Positions 36,627 to 46,016 of a stretch of 64,000 nt of DNA are shown in pieces. Source of the DNA: Patescibacteria group bacterium (GTDB taxonomy: Bacteria; Patescibacteriota; Patescibacteriia; Buchananbacterales; UBA6539); assembly GCA_041649675.1 (NCBI GenBank), contig JBAZMQ010000001.1:253-64252 (forward strand), written 5' to 3'. How positions within the stretch are numbered: position 1 is the first letter of the stretch; every line of letters starts with the position of its first letter. The notes beneath the pieces were generated by a model. That model saw nothing but the letters and a program-made list of their open reading frames with translations, was not told the origin of the DNA and did not search any database. The position numbers were made by a program, and so were the translations under genes.

Positions 36627-37346
36627 ATGCAAGCAATAATTTTAGCTGGCGGCGAAGGTACTCGTCTTCGGCCGTTAACCTATGAAATTCCTAAAGCGTT
36701 GATTCCACTTCAGGGCAGGACTCTAACCGAGCAGGTTTTTGATATTTACAAAGAAGTTGGCGTAAAAGATATTATTCTTTCGGTTAGCTATTTGGCTGAC
36801 AAAATGATTGCTTATTTTGGTAATGGCAGCAAATTTGGGTTTGCAATCCAATATTTGCGCGAAGATAAGCCGCGCGGTACAGCCGGACCTTTATTGATGT
36901 TAAAAGAACAAAGTAAGCCGCTAGACCAAGATTTTTTTATGTGTAATGGTGATAATTTGTTCTCTTTGGATTTGAATAAAATGGTTGAATTTCATAGAAA
37001 TAATAAGGCAGTGGCAACCATTGCTTTAGTTAAGGCGCCGGACCCGACTCAGGTTGGAGTAGTTAAAATGCAAGGGGATTTAATTTTGGATTTCGTAGAA
37101 AAGCCCAGTCGGCAGCAGGCGCCATCAGATTATGCTAATTCCGGTTATTACGTTTTTTCACCAAAAATTTTTGATTATTTGCCTCAAAAAGATTTTGTGA
37201 TGTTGGAAAAAGATGTTTTTCCGGTTTTAGCCAAAGCCGGAAAACTGTTTGGTTTTAAAGCTGAGGGCCAGTGGTTTGATACGGGCACACCCCAGCGTTA
37301 TGATCAGGTTCAAAAAGAATGGCGAGGAGTGAACAAAACCATTTAA
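36627..37346 (+). CDS. sugar-phosphate nucleotidyltransferase
   Basis: MQAIILAGGEGTRLRPLT G-x-G-T-R-L motif of the NTP_transferase family. Confidence 0.8.
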   Translation: MQAIILAGGEGTRLRPLTYEIPKALIPLQGRTLTEQVFDIYKEVGVKDIILSVSYLADKMIAYFGNGSKFGFAIQYLREDKPRGTAGPLLMLKEQSKPLDQDFFMCNGDNLFSLDLNKMVEFHRNNKAVATIALVKAPDPTQVGVVKMQGDLILDFVEKPSRQQAPSDYANSGYYVFSPKIFDYLPQKDFVMLEKDVFPVLAKAGKLFGFKAEGQWFDTGTPQRYDQVQKEWRGVNKTI

Positions 37347-37356
37347 TAATTAACTT

Positions 37357-38379
37357 TTGAAAATGATTAAAAAAGTAATTAAATTGATTCTATCGATTAT
37401 TATTATAACCGTCGTTGGTGGGGTGGCTTATTATTTTTATGATATTGGTGTGCCTAATTCTAAAGATAGTCAAACTAGAATTTTTATCGTGCCTCAGGGT
37501 TTAGGCAGTACCAAAATTAGCCAAGAGTTAAAAAAGAATGGCTTCATTAATAATGATATTATTTTTGAACTTTATGTTTGGATTAATGGTATTAGTAGTA
37601 AATTGCAGCCAGGAACTTATGATTTGGCCGGTAATTTAAACATTAAAGAAATTGCCAATATCTTAAGCCATGGTAAAGGTGTAACTCGGGAAATCAGTTT
37701 AACCTTTATTGAAGGTTGGAATAATAAAAAGGTGGCCGAAGAATTGGTTAAGGATAATATTACTACGGCTAAAGATTTTTTTGACGTTGTTCAGAAAAAA
37801 GCTGATTGGTGGGATAAGTATGATTTTTTGGATAGTAAACCAAGAAATTTAGATCTTGAGGGTTATCTTTTTCCGGACACCTATTCAATTTTTCGTGATG
37901 CGAAAGTCCAAGATATCGTCGAAAAAATGTTAGATAATTTTGGTAAAAAGTTGACACCTGAATTGAGACAAGAAATCGAAAAACAAGGCAAAACCGTTCA
38001 TCAGATTATAACCATGGCTTCGATTATCGAAAAAGAAGTCTCGGTAGATAGTGATCGTAAGATGGTAGCAGACATTTTTTATAAACGATTGGCAATTAAT
38101 ATGCCTTTACAGTCTGACGCGACGGTTAATTATATTACCGGTGGTTCTAGTGTTCGGCCAACTTACAGTGACATCAATATTGATAATCTTTACAATACTT
38201 ATAAATACAAAGGTTTGCCGCCTGGGCCGATTTGTAATCCCGGCTTGTCAGCAATTTTAGCCGCTATTTATCCAACGCCTAATCAATATTATTATTTTCT
38301 AACTACGCCTGACGGCCAGGTGATTTACAGTAAAACGAACGAAGAACATGCTAAGGCCAAAGCAAAATATTTAAAATAG
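37357..38379 (+). CDS. mltG: endolytic murein transglycosylase MltG (YceG family)
   Basis: N-terminal TM; YceG-like domain with conserved catalytic region (EKEVSVDSDR...). 340 aa. Confidence 0.85.
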   Translation: MKMIKKVIKLILSIIIITVVGGVAYYFYDIGVPNSKDSQTRIFIVPQGLGSTKISQELKKNGFINNDIIFELYVWINGISSKLQPGTYDLAGNLNIKEIANILSHGKGVTREISLTFIEGWNNKKVAEELVKDNITTAKDFFDVVQKKADWWDKYDFLDSKPRNLDLEGYLFPDTYSIFRDAKVQDIVEKMLDNFGKKLTPELRQEIEKQGKTVHQIITMASIIEKEVSVDSDRKMVADIFYKRLAINMPLQSDATVNYITGGSSVRPTYSDINIDNLYNTYKYKGLPPGPICNPGLSAILAAIYPTPNQYYYFLTTPDGQVIYSKTNEEHAKAKAKYLK

Positions 38380-38382
38380 GGT

Positions 38383-39018
38383 ATGACAGTTTGGGACAAG
38401 ATTTACAGAGATTATCAAAAGAATGGCCAGGGTTGGGCAACATTGGGTAAGGATATCCACCCCTTTTTTAAAAAATTTTTCCGGCAATCAAAATTTAAAA
38501 ATAAAATGGTTTTGGACTTAGGCTGCGGCGAAGGTAAATATTTAAGATTACTTGATCAGTTTGGTTTTACTGTTTTAGGCATTGATTCCAGTAAAACAGC
38601 AGTTAAGATGGCTAACCAAGTTTTGGCTGGTAAGTCCAGGGCAAAATTATCTGATATTTACCGTTACCAAATCCCTAAAAATAAATTTGGTTTGGTTATA
38701 TCAATTCGGGCCTTGCATCATGCTGACAAGCAGAAAGTAAAAAAATTGATTGACAGTATTTATTTTTCATTAGTGCCTGGCGGAAAAATTTTTATTACTT
38801 TACCCGACATTTCCGGAGTAGATAAATGGCGGACATTTCAGAAGGGAAGAGTTAATGTGGCCAAAGGAGTTTTTATTCCCACAGTCGGGCCGGAGAAAGG
38901 ATTGGTGCACAGTTTTTATTCTCAGGCAGAAATTTTAAAATTATTTTCTAAATTTAAAAAACTCAAATTGGTTATTAAGGACAAAACCGCGCAATGGTTT
39001 ATTACGGCCGTTAAATAG
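38383..39018 (+). CDS. class I SAM-dependent methyltransferase
   Basis: VLDLGCGEGKY motif I. Confidence 0.7.
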   Translation: MTVWDKIYRDYQKNGQGWATLGKDIHPFFKKFFRQSKFKNKMVLDLGCGEGKYLRLLDQFGFTVLGIDSSKTAVKMANQVLAGKSRAKLSDIYRYQIPKNKFGLVISIRALHHADKQKVKKLIDSIYFSLVPGGKIFITLPDISGVDKWRTFQKGRVNVAKGVFIPTVGPEKGLVHSFYSQAEILKLFSKFKKLKLVIKDKTAQWFITAVK

Positions 39019-39033
39019 CTAACTATAAAATTT

Positions 39034-39717
39034 ATGGCAAAAACTTTAGTTATGTCGCTGGGTGGTTCGTTAATTGCGCCCGACGGAGTGGATGTTAATT
39101 TTTTAAAAAAATTTCGTTTATTGATTTTAAATTACATTAAAAAAGGTAACCGGGTGATTTTAATTTGTGGCGGCGGTAATACCTGCCGTAATTACAATAA
39201 AGCCGCTAAAGCAGTTAATCCAAAAGTGAGCAACCGGGATTTGGATTGGATTGGCATTGCCTCAACCAAGCTTAACGCCGAATTAGTCAGTGCCATTTTT
39301 GGTGATGCGGCTGATGAGAGTATCTTAGTTGTACCAAATAAAAAAGTCAGGACAAATAGACGAATTACAGTTGGCGCTGGTTATAAGCCTGGATCTTCCT
39401 CGGACAAAGATGCAGTTTTAGCGGCCAAGGCTTTTGGCGCAAAAACCGTAATTAACCTTTCAAATATTACTTATGTTTACGATAAAGATCCAAAAAAGTT
39501 TGCCAATGCTAAGCCGCAAAAGCAGATGAGCTGGAAGGAATTTTTAGTTATTGTTGGTAATAAACACATTCCGGGAATGCATGTACCGTTTGATCCGGTG
39601 GCCAGTCGTTTGGCGGCAAAATGGGGTATGAAGCTGGTGGTGATGAAAGGCAGCGATTTAAATAATCTGAATAATTTTTTGTTAAACAAAAGCTACCGAG
39701 GAACAACCGTTAGTTAG
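39034..39717 (+). CDS. pyrH: UMP kinase (amino acid kinase family, archaeal/CPR type)
   Basis: SLGGSLI... ICGGGN motifs of the uridylate kinase family; 227 aa. Confidence 0.7.
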   Translation: MAKTLVMSLGGSLIAPDGVDVNFLKKFRLLILNYIKKGNRVILICGGGNTCRNYNKAAKAVNPKVSNRDLDWIGIASTKLNAELVSAIFGDAADESILVVPNKKVRTNRRITVGAGYKPGSSSDKDAVLAAKAFGAKTVINLSNITYVYDKDPKKFANAKPQKQMSWKEFLVIVGNKHIPGMHVPFDPVASRLAAKWGMKLVVMKGSDLNNLNNFLLNKSYRGTTVS

Positions 39718-39729
39718 CCGTTGTGTTTA

Positions 39730-39757
39730 TTGACATTTTTTGATTATTTGTTATACT
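39730..39757 (+). promoter_or_regulatory. sigma70-like promoter of rplJ-rplL (TTGACA-16-TATACT)
   Basis: ttgaca 39730-39735, tatact 39752-39757. Confidence 0.45.
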
Positions 39758-39759
39758 AA

Positions 39760-39960
39760 CTAAGTACAATTTAGAGAGACCACAGACCGTAGGGGCAAAA
39801 TTGCTCAAATTAGACAAATTCTAGCCCTGCGCAGGCCAAATAGCTAAATCTTTTAGCTTTTTATTGCAAGTCTGTGGCCAAACCACAGCTTTTTGTTTAG
39901 CTGGTAACTTATAGCTTGTAGTCCATTGCTAAAAGCTAAAAGCTAAAAGCTAATTACTAA
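39760..39960 (+). promoter_or_regulatory. ribosomal protein L10 leader with intrinsic attenuator hairpin
   Basis: About 200-nt structured leader before rplJ: ccacagac...gtctgtgg long-range pairing, palindrome cctgcgcagg, and ctgtgg-ccaaa-ccacag + ctttttgttt terminator-like hairpin at 39872-39898. Also carries repeat family A copy 3 (39897-39955). Confidence 0.45.
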
Positions 39961-39965
39961 ATATT

Positions 39966-40490
39966 ATGGCTAAAACAAGACAGCAAAAAGAAACAACCGT
40001 AAAAGATTTAGTCTCTCGGCTAAAAAGCAGCAAATCAATTGTATTTGCCAACTTTGATAAACTCAAAGTTAAAGAGATAGAAAAATTAAGAAAGAATTGC
40101 CATCGGGAAAATGTTGATTACGTGGTGGCCAAAAAGACTTTAATGAAAGTTGCTTTTAAGGAAGCGGGGATTACTGACGTTGACCCAAAGACCCTAGATC
40201 AGGGTATAGCTTTGGTTTTGGGTATTAATGATGAAGTAGCGCCAGCTAGAATTATTCAAGACTTTGCTAAAGACCATGAGGCTTTAAAAGCCATTGGCGG
40301 CGTTTTGGAAGGCAAATTCATTCCTCGGGAAAAAATTATTGAACTGGCTAAGTTACCAAGCAGAGAAGTTTTATTGGCCAAAGTTCTTGGCTCAATCAAG
40401 GCTCCAGTCTCTGGGTTTGTTAATGTTTTAGCCGGAAATTTGCGGAATTTTGTTTACGTTTTAAATGCGATTAAAGAAACTAAAAATTAA
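39966..40490 (+). CDS. rplJ: 50S ribosomal protein L10
   Basis: 174 aa, L10 family N-terminus [15 protein letters not shown]... Confidence 0.93.
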   Translation: MAKTRQQKETTVKDLVSRLKSSKSIVFANFDKLKVKEIEKLRKNCHRENVDYVVAKKTLMKVAFKEAGITDVDPKTLDQGIALVLGINDEVAPARIIQDFAKDHEALKAIGGVLEGKFIPREKIIELAKLPSREVLLAKVLGSIKAPVSGFVNVLAGNLRNFVYVLNAIKETKN

Positions 40491-40525
40491 TAATTAAGAT
40501 AATAAATTTTAAGGAGAATAAAATT

Positions 40526-40939
40526 ATGTCAGAAGAAAAAAAAGTATCCGCCTCTGGCGGAGAAGTACCAGCTAAATTCAAATCATTGGTTGAAGAAATT
40601 GAAAAAATGTCAGTCATTGATTTGGCCGATTTAGTCAAAGTGTTAGAAGAAAAATTTGGTGTCTCGGCGGCCGCGCCAGTTGCTGCCGTAGCTGTTGCCG
40701 GTGCTGGTGCCGCCGCAGCTGAAGAAAAAACGGAATTTACCGTTGAATTAACTTCAGCTGGTGACAATAAAATTAATGTCATTAAGGCAGTTAGAACCGT
40801 TACCGAGCTAGGCTTAAAAGAAGCCAAAGATTTAGTTGACGGTGCGCCAAAGGTTGTCAAAGAAGGTGTCAAGAAAGAAGAAGCTGACAAAATCAAAAAG
40901 ACCTTGGAAGAAGCCGGTGCCAAAGTTACTTTGAAATAA
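40526..40939 (+). CDS. rplL: 50S ribosomal protein L7/L12
   Basis: Ala-rich hinge and conserved C-terminal domain ([28 protein letters not shown]). Confidence 0.95.
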   Translation: MSEEKKVSASGGEVPAKFKSLVEEIEKMSVIDLADLVKVLEEKFGVSAAAPVAAVAVAGAGAAAAEEKTEFTVELTSAGDNKINVIKAVRTVTELGLKEAKDLVDGAPKVVKEGVKKEEADKIKKTLEEAGAKVTLK

Positions 40940-40966
40940 TTTATTTCAAAATAGGTAGAAAGAATT

Positions 40967-40996
40967 CCCCAATTTTATGTTGGGGTTTTCTTTTTG
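40967..40996 (+). terminator. rho-independent terminator of rplL
   Basis: ccccaa-ttttatgt-ttgggg then ttttctttttg. Confidence 0.5.
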
Positions 40997-41076
40997 TAAA
41001 AAAAATAAGAGGCTTCGCAAATTTTTGCGTTGCCTCGGTGTTATTCCTCCATTTTTTTGGCGTCTGCATCTTGAGT

Positions 41077-41952
41077 TTAGCCCCACAACGTTTTGATGCA
41101 GCTAATACTGGTGCGCGCTGTTTCTTCGGGGTCAAGCTCGTTGAAATTAAAGCCTTCAACTGAGAGCCAGTGCGGATAGCCGGATTCCTTAAGGGCAGCG
41201 GCAACGGGTTGGAAGTCATACTCGCCGCAGCCAGGCCCGCTTAAGTTGCCGGGGTCGTTGAGATGACAGTGCCTGGCTATCGGGGTATACTTTTTAATCA
41301 ACGAAACCACGGTTTCGGGGCTGGAGCCATAACCCCGGGCCATAGCCTTAATATCCAGGTGTCCTTGGAATTGGTGATGGTCAACTACTTGCACCATATG
41401 AGCAAGGTCTGCCATGGTGTTGCAAAAGTTAGTTTCCTCCCAAGCCAGTTGTTCAAAGCAAGCGATGACATCATTGTCTGGCTGGAGTTGGTCAAATACC
41501 CGAAGGTAAACTTCGGTGGCGGCAAGTAAGGCTTCGTGTTGGCTGACTTCTGGCAGCAAAGTGCGCTGTTTAGGCGAGCCGTGGACGACTACTTCGCAGT
41601 CAAGATCATAAGCCAAATCCATTAGCTCGGCAATTACTTTGGCGGTTTTTACCTTGACCCCTGGATCAAGGCTGGTTAAATGAACGCCTTGTTGCCCGGC
41701 TAATAACCAATGGATGGCATAAATTTGCAGCTTGACTGCCTCGGCGGCTTGGCGATAGGCATCGCGCTTGGCCAAAGACATGCTAAGCGGGTTTGGGTTC
41801 AGTGTTGGCGCTACAATCTCAACACCGTCATAGCCCAGACTGGCTATAATTTCAAGCACGCGCTTGAAGGTATCCAGGTCTGGTGTACCTTTGGCGTTGG
41901 GATTAAACAACGTGTAAAATCCTTCAACGCAAAATGCTACCTTGTTAATCAT
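41077..41952 (-). CDS. sugar phosphate isomerase/epimerase (xylose isomerase-like TIM barrel)
   Basis: 291 aa, AP_endonuc_2-like TIM barrel motifs; GC about 50%, atypical for this genome; second such gene in the window. Confidence 0.75.
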   Translation of the reverse strand: MINKVAFCVEGFYTLFNPNAKGTPDLDTFKRVLEIIASLGYDGVEIVAPTLNPNPLSMSLAKRDAYRQAAEAVKLQIYAIHWLLAGQQGVHLTSLDPGVKVKTAKVIAELMDLAYDLDCEVVVHGSPKQRTLLPEVSQHEALLAATEVYLRVFDQLQPDNDVIACFEQLAWEETNFCNTMADLAHMVQVVDHHQFQGHLDIKAMARGYGSSPETVVSLIKKYTPIARHCHLNDPGNLSGPGCGEYDFQPVAAALKESGYPHWLSVEGFNFNELDPEETARTSISCIKTLWG

Positions 41953-42034
41953 ACTGTGTTCCTTTCTTCCGATGCTTTACATTACTGAAATTAAGGTGTT
42001 ATAGGAATATTAGTAACATTATTTAACTTTGTCA

Positions 42035-42066
42035 ATAAAAAAATCTCCAGTGTTTAAGCGGGGATT
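42035..42066 (-). terminator. terminator downstream of the 768-aa gene
   Basis: aaatctcc-agtgtttaagc-ggggattt with flanking A/T runs. Confidence 0.4.
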
Positions 42067-42093
42067 TTTTTAAGTTGGCCAAGCTGCCTTTAT

Positions 42094-44400
42094 TTATTTT
42101 AGGTGTTGAGCTGGTACGCCAAGGATTGAAGTGCCATTTAATAAATACATTTTCTTTTCCCTTTCAACCACGATAAAGTCTTTAAGGTCAGTAAAAGCCT
42201 CAGAATGGTATTGGTTGATTAAATTGCCATTTTTATCAAAAACTATCAGGCGCTTGGTTGGGGGATCAAGCACATAAAGATATTTTGAAAATTCATCAGT
42301 TTTGATTTTGGTTGGATTTTGAATTTTTGGATCAACCACATTGGTTTTAAAATCAACTGGCTTGCCATTTTGCAGCTTAATAATTGAACCGTCAGTTTTA
42401 ACAATGTAAATTGAACCATCAACCGTAAAGGCTTTGGCGTCATTCAAAACGATATTATCTTTTAACCAGCCGTTAACTTTGCTGTAATCATTATTAACTT
42501 TTGAATAGCGATAGATTTGGCTATTTTTGCTGTCTAGAGTGTAGAGCTGACCCTTGAAGGAAGTAAAATCAGCAATGTTGATATTTTTATTAAAATTTAT
42601 ATTCAATTTTGGAAAAGAATCAGTGCCGGGTGTGAGCAAGAATGGAGTGTTTGAAGCGTTTAAAAAAATCAACTCTTTATCACTTACAGCTGTGCCAAAA
42701 ATTAAGCTTGCAGTGTTTGAATCCGGCGATAGAGCTGCTGTCAATACTCTTGTATCTAAATTTGCTTTATAAATTGATTGATTATTTTGATTTTGAGTGT
42801 AAACATTTCTACCAGAAAGCAGAATAACATTGGCAATTTTGGCCTGAGAATCAAGATTGCCAAAATTAACAATTTGAATTGGCTCGGTAATTTCAATTAA
42901 ATGGCGGAGTTTTTGTAGTTGCTCCTCAATACCTTGTTGGAGCAAAATAATTTGTTGTTTTTGAAATTTTGTAATCGGTTTTAGGTTGGCAATCATGTTT
43001 TTTGAATCAACCAAAAATTGCCTGGCCTGATTTTCATCGCGGTAAATTAAACTGGCTTCCGCCTCATTTTTTTTATTTTCCGCTTGGGCAAATACCAAGT
43101 TAAAAGCATCTTTTTTCTGATCTTGCCAATTTTTTATTCCTAGCCAAAATAAGCTAAGGGAGAATAACACGGCTAAAATGATTGTTGTTATTAATAAAAC
43201 TTGGCTTGATTTTGGCAACTGTTTATACTTACCAATCGGATTAGCCAAAGCCTTATTAATCAAAGTAACTGCTTTGGCCCAAAACGGCTGGTTGGTAATC
43301 TTGGAACCAATGGTTTTGCTAACAGTTAAAATTGGTTGGGTTATTTTTTTAGTATCAAAGTGAAGATTAGCCAGGGGATTAGTTATTTTTATTTTTGGAG
43401 TTATTTTATTTAGATTGAATCTTGGTTGGAAATTAAATTTTGGGATGATTGTTTTCTTTTGTTTTTCATAAAGACGGTTGGTTTTCTTTTTAGCTTGGCC
43501 AAGATAGTTTTGCAATTGATTCTTCAAGGCAATAGTATATTTTTTAACTTCCGGCATAATTGACGGGGTTAAAAATTTTTCGGTTTCTCTTTCAGTATTA
43601 ATCAACTCTTTGATTGAATCTTGCGAGGCGGCTTGACGGTAATCAAACTCTTGCGGACTGACTGGTTTTTTTTCTAAAGCGGTTATCTTTTCTAATTCAG
43701 CAGTCATTATGCCAAAGTTTTCCTTACTGCCGGTAGTGGCTAATAATTTTTTTAATTCCAATAGTCCTTCAGACGGTAAATTGGTAGCAATTATATTTTT
43801 TATTCTTTCTAAAGAGAAATAGTCAAGAATATTGGCCGTGCTGACAAATAAAATATCCCTTGATTTAATTTTTCCGCTGATGATTTGGGAAAATAATCGG
43901 AAAGGGTCGGGCAGGCTTAATGGGGCCTGGGTTGATTCCAGGATATTGATTATTCGGTAGGAGCTAAGGTTGGTATTATAAAAAAGAATTGCTCCAATGT
44001 TGCCAATAACAGCAAAATGCAAATCTTGGTTACAAATAACAGCAACCATAATGTTTATTTTTTCTAGATTCAGAGATATTTGTTCACTTTCTAGGAAAGA
44101 AGCAATTGATAGATTAGTTTTTTTTAAAGCCGCTTCAAACTTTTCGGACAGCAGCAACGGCTTTTCTTCTAGTGTTGATTTTTTTTGGTAGTAATAGTTA
44201 TTTTTAATTTCATCAACAATTAGGTCAATTAAATCAGAATTTTTTTCATCATCAGCTTGGATTTCAATTAAGCCAAATACTTTTCCAAGCTTACCAGCCA
44301 AGTCCTTGGTTGGCTTGGTGGCAAATGTTCTTACATAGGTTTTTGGCTGACCAGGTCGCTGGACAACTAGCTGATTAATTTTTGTTTCTAAATAATCCAT
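42094..44400 (-). CDS. large hypothetical membrane protein (768 aa)
   Basis: Central TM segments (VLLITTIILAVLFSLSLFWLGI), long soluble N- and C-terminal regions, no confidently recognisable domain. Confidence 0.55.
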   Translation of the reverse strand: MDYLETKINQLVVQRPGQPKTYVRTFATKPTKDLAGKLGKVFGLIEIQADDEKNSDLIDLIVDEIKNNYYYQKKSTLEEKPLLLSEKFEAALKKTNLSIASFLESEQISLNLEKINIMVAVICNQDLHFAVIGNIGAILFYNTNLSSYRIINILESTQAPLSLPDPFRLFSQIISGKIKSRDILFVSTANILDYFSLERIKNIIATNLPSEGLLELKKLLATTGSKENFGIMTAELEKITALEKKPVSPQEFDYRQAASQDSIKELINTERETEKFLTPSIMPEVKKYTIALKNQLQNYLGQAKKKTNRLYEKQKKTIIPKFNFQPRFNLNKITPKIKITNPLANLHFDTKKITQPILTVSKTIGSKITNQPFWAKAVTLINKALANPIGKYKQLPKSSQVLLITTIILAVLFSLSLFWLGIKNWQDQKKDAFNLVFAQAENKKNEAEASLIYRDENQARQFLVDSKNMIANLKPITKFQKQQIILLQQGIEEQLQKLRHLIEITEPIQIVNFGNLDSQAKIANVILLSGRNVYTQNQNNQSIYKANLDTRVLTAALSPDSNTASLIFGTAVSDKELIFLNASNTPFLLTPGTDSFPKLNINFNKNINIADFTSFKGQLYTLDSKNSQIYRYSKVNNDYSKVNGWLKDNIVLNDAKAFTVDGSIYIVKTDGSIIKLQNGKPVDFKTNVVDPKIQNPTKIKTDEFSKYLYVLDPPTKRLIVFDKNGNLINQYHSEAFTDLKDFIVVEREKKMYLLNGTSILGVPAQHLK

Positions 44401-44613
44401 TTAATCCGGTTTATTTGTCAGTATTTAGTATTTATATTATACTATAAATAGTCATCGGTGACCAGTCTTTTAAAAAATCCCAAGCTCCAATTTCCAAATC
44501 CTAAATAAATACCAAATTTCAAATTACAAATTCAAGATTCGTTTGAAAAATTGTAATTGATGATTTGAAATTTGTTTGGAATTGGTGATTTTGGATTTTG
44601 AATTTTACTAATT

Positions 44614-45219
44614 ATGCTTGAACAATTATTTAGTTCAAAGACCAGAGTGAAGCTTTTGCGGTTATTTTTGAATAATCCGTCTCAACCTTATTATCTCCGT
44701 GAATTGGCCAGAAAATTAGGTACTCAGCTAAATTCAATCCGACGGGAGATTGAAAATTTGGAAAAGATCGGCATTATTAAATCGGTTCATCTAGAAGAGT
44801 CGGTTGGTAAAAATCAAGCGGCTGATGAAAAACCGGGGGCGAAAAAATATTTTTTGGCCGATACCGAGTTTATTTTATATCCAGAGCTAAAGGCTTTGCT
44901 TTTGAAGGCACAGTTACTTTTGGAGCGTAATTTTGTCAGTAAGATTGAAAAATTGGCCCAGATCAAACTTTTTATTCTAACCGGAATTTTTGTCGGTGTT
45001 GATAACTATCCAACGGATTTGTTATTAATCGGCACTGTTAACCGTAAAGCCTTGGCCAAGATTGTCCATGATTTTGAAAGGGAATTGGGCCGAGTGGTCA
45101 ATTATACGGTAATGAGTTTTGCCGAATACAAATATCGCCAAGACATTACCGATAAGTTTTTGTATGATATTTTGGAGGGCAGAAAAATAGTGGTAATTGA
45201 TAAAATTCATAAACTCTAA
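44614..45219 (+). CDS. winged-helix DNA-binding protein (ArsR-like N-terminal wHTH)
   Basis: N-terminus SKTRVKLLRLFLNNPSQPYYLRELARKLGTQLNSIRREIENLEKIGII is wHTH-like; 201 aa. Confidence 0.5.
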   Translation: MLEQLFSSKTRVKLLRLFLNNPSQPYYLRELARKLGTQLNSIRREIENLEKIGIIKSVHLEESVGKNQAADEKPGAKKYFLADTEFILYPELKALLLKAQLLLERNFVSKIEKLAQIKLFILTGIFVGVDNYPTDLLLIGTVNRKALAKIVHDFERELGRVVNYTVMSFAEYKYRQDITDKFLYDILEGRKIVVIDKIHKL

Positions 45220-46010
45220 TGAGAAAAAATATTAGTTTTAAAAATCGTCAGGGCCAAAAGATTGTTGGCGTTTTTAATATCCCTAAAACCAAGCCGCCAT
45301 ATCCGGCAGTAATTATTTGTCATGGCTTTAAAGGGTATAAGGAGCAGGCTCATTTGAAAAGTTTAGCGGCTAAATTGGCGGCTAGTGGCATTTTGGTTTT
45401 CCGGTTTGACTTTGGTAATGGCGTTGGCCAAAGCTATGGCCAGCTTGAAGATATTACCTTTAGTCAATATTTGTTTGATTTGAAAACAGCCATTGATTAT
45501 ATTTATAAAAATAAACTCGTTGATAAAAACCGGATTGGTTTGGCCGGCCATAGTTTTGGCGGTCAAATAATTTTACATTATGCGTCTAGTGATAAGAGAA
45601 TAAAAGTTATAGCTGATTTGGCCGGTGTGGTTTTTCGAGGTGGCGGTCAAACTAATCTTGAAAGGCATATCATTTTACAGTTAACTGAAGCCAAAAAAAC
45701 CGGTTACTTTGTGGTAACCAGCAAAAGCACCGGGAAAAAATATAAAATAAAAATTGGCTATTATTTTGATATTTTAAAACATGATACACCGGCTCAAGTT
45801 AAAAAGATTAAAATTCCAACTTTGATCGTCCATGGTTCTAAAGACGAGAGTGTCCCTATCAAGCATGCCAGATTGGCTTATAAATTGGTAAAAGGGCAAA
45901 AGAAATTAGTGATTATGCCTGGCGTGCCACACACTTGGCGGCAGCCAAAATATTATAAGAAAATTAATCCAATTATAGTTGGATGGTTTAAAAAATATTT
46001 ATCCCGTTAG
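45219..46010 (+). CDS. alpha/beta hydrolase (dienelactone hydrolase/peptidase S9-like)
   Basis: GLAGHSFGG nucleophile elbow and C-terminal D/H catalytic residues; 263 aa. Confidence 0.75.
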   Translation: MRKNISFKNRQGQKIVGVFNIPKTKPPYPAVIICHGFKGYKEQAHLKSLAAKLAASGILVFRFDFGNGVGQSYGQLEDITFSQYLFDLKTAIDYIYKNKLVDKNRIGLAGHSFGGQIILHYASSDKRIKVIADLAGVVFRGGGQTNLERHIILQLTEAKKTGYFVVTSKSTGKKYKIKIGYYFDILKHDTPAQVKKIKIPTLIVHGSKDESVPIKHARLAYKLVKGQKKLVIMPGVPHTWRQPKYYKKINPIIVGWFKKYLSR

Positions 46011-46016
46011 AAATTT

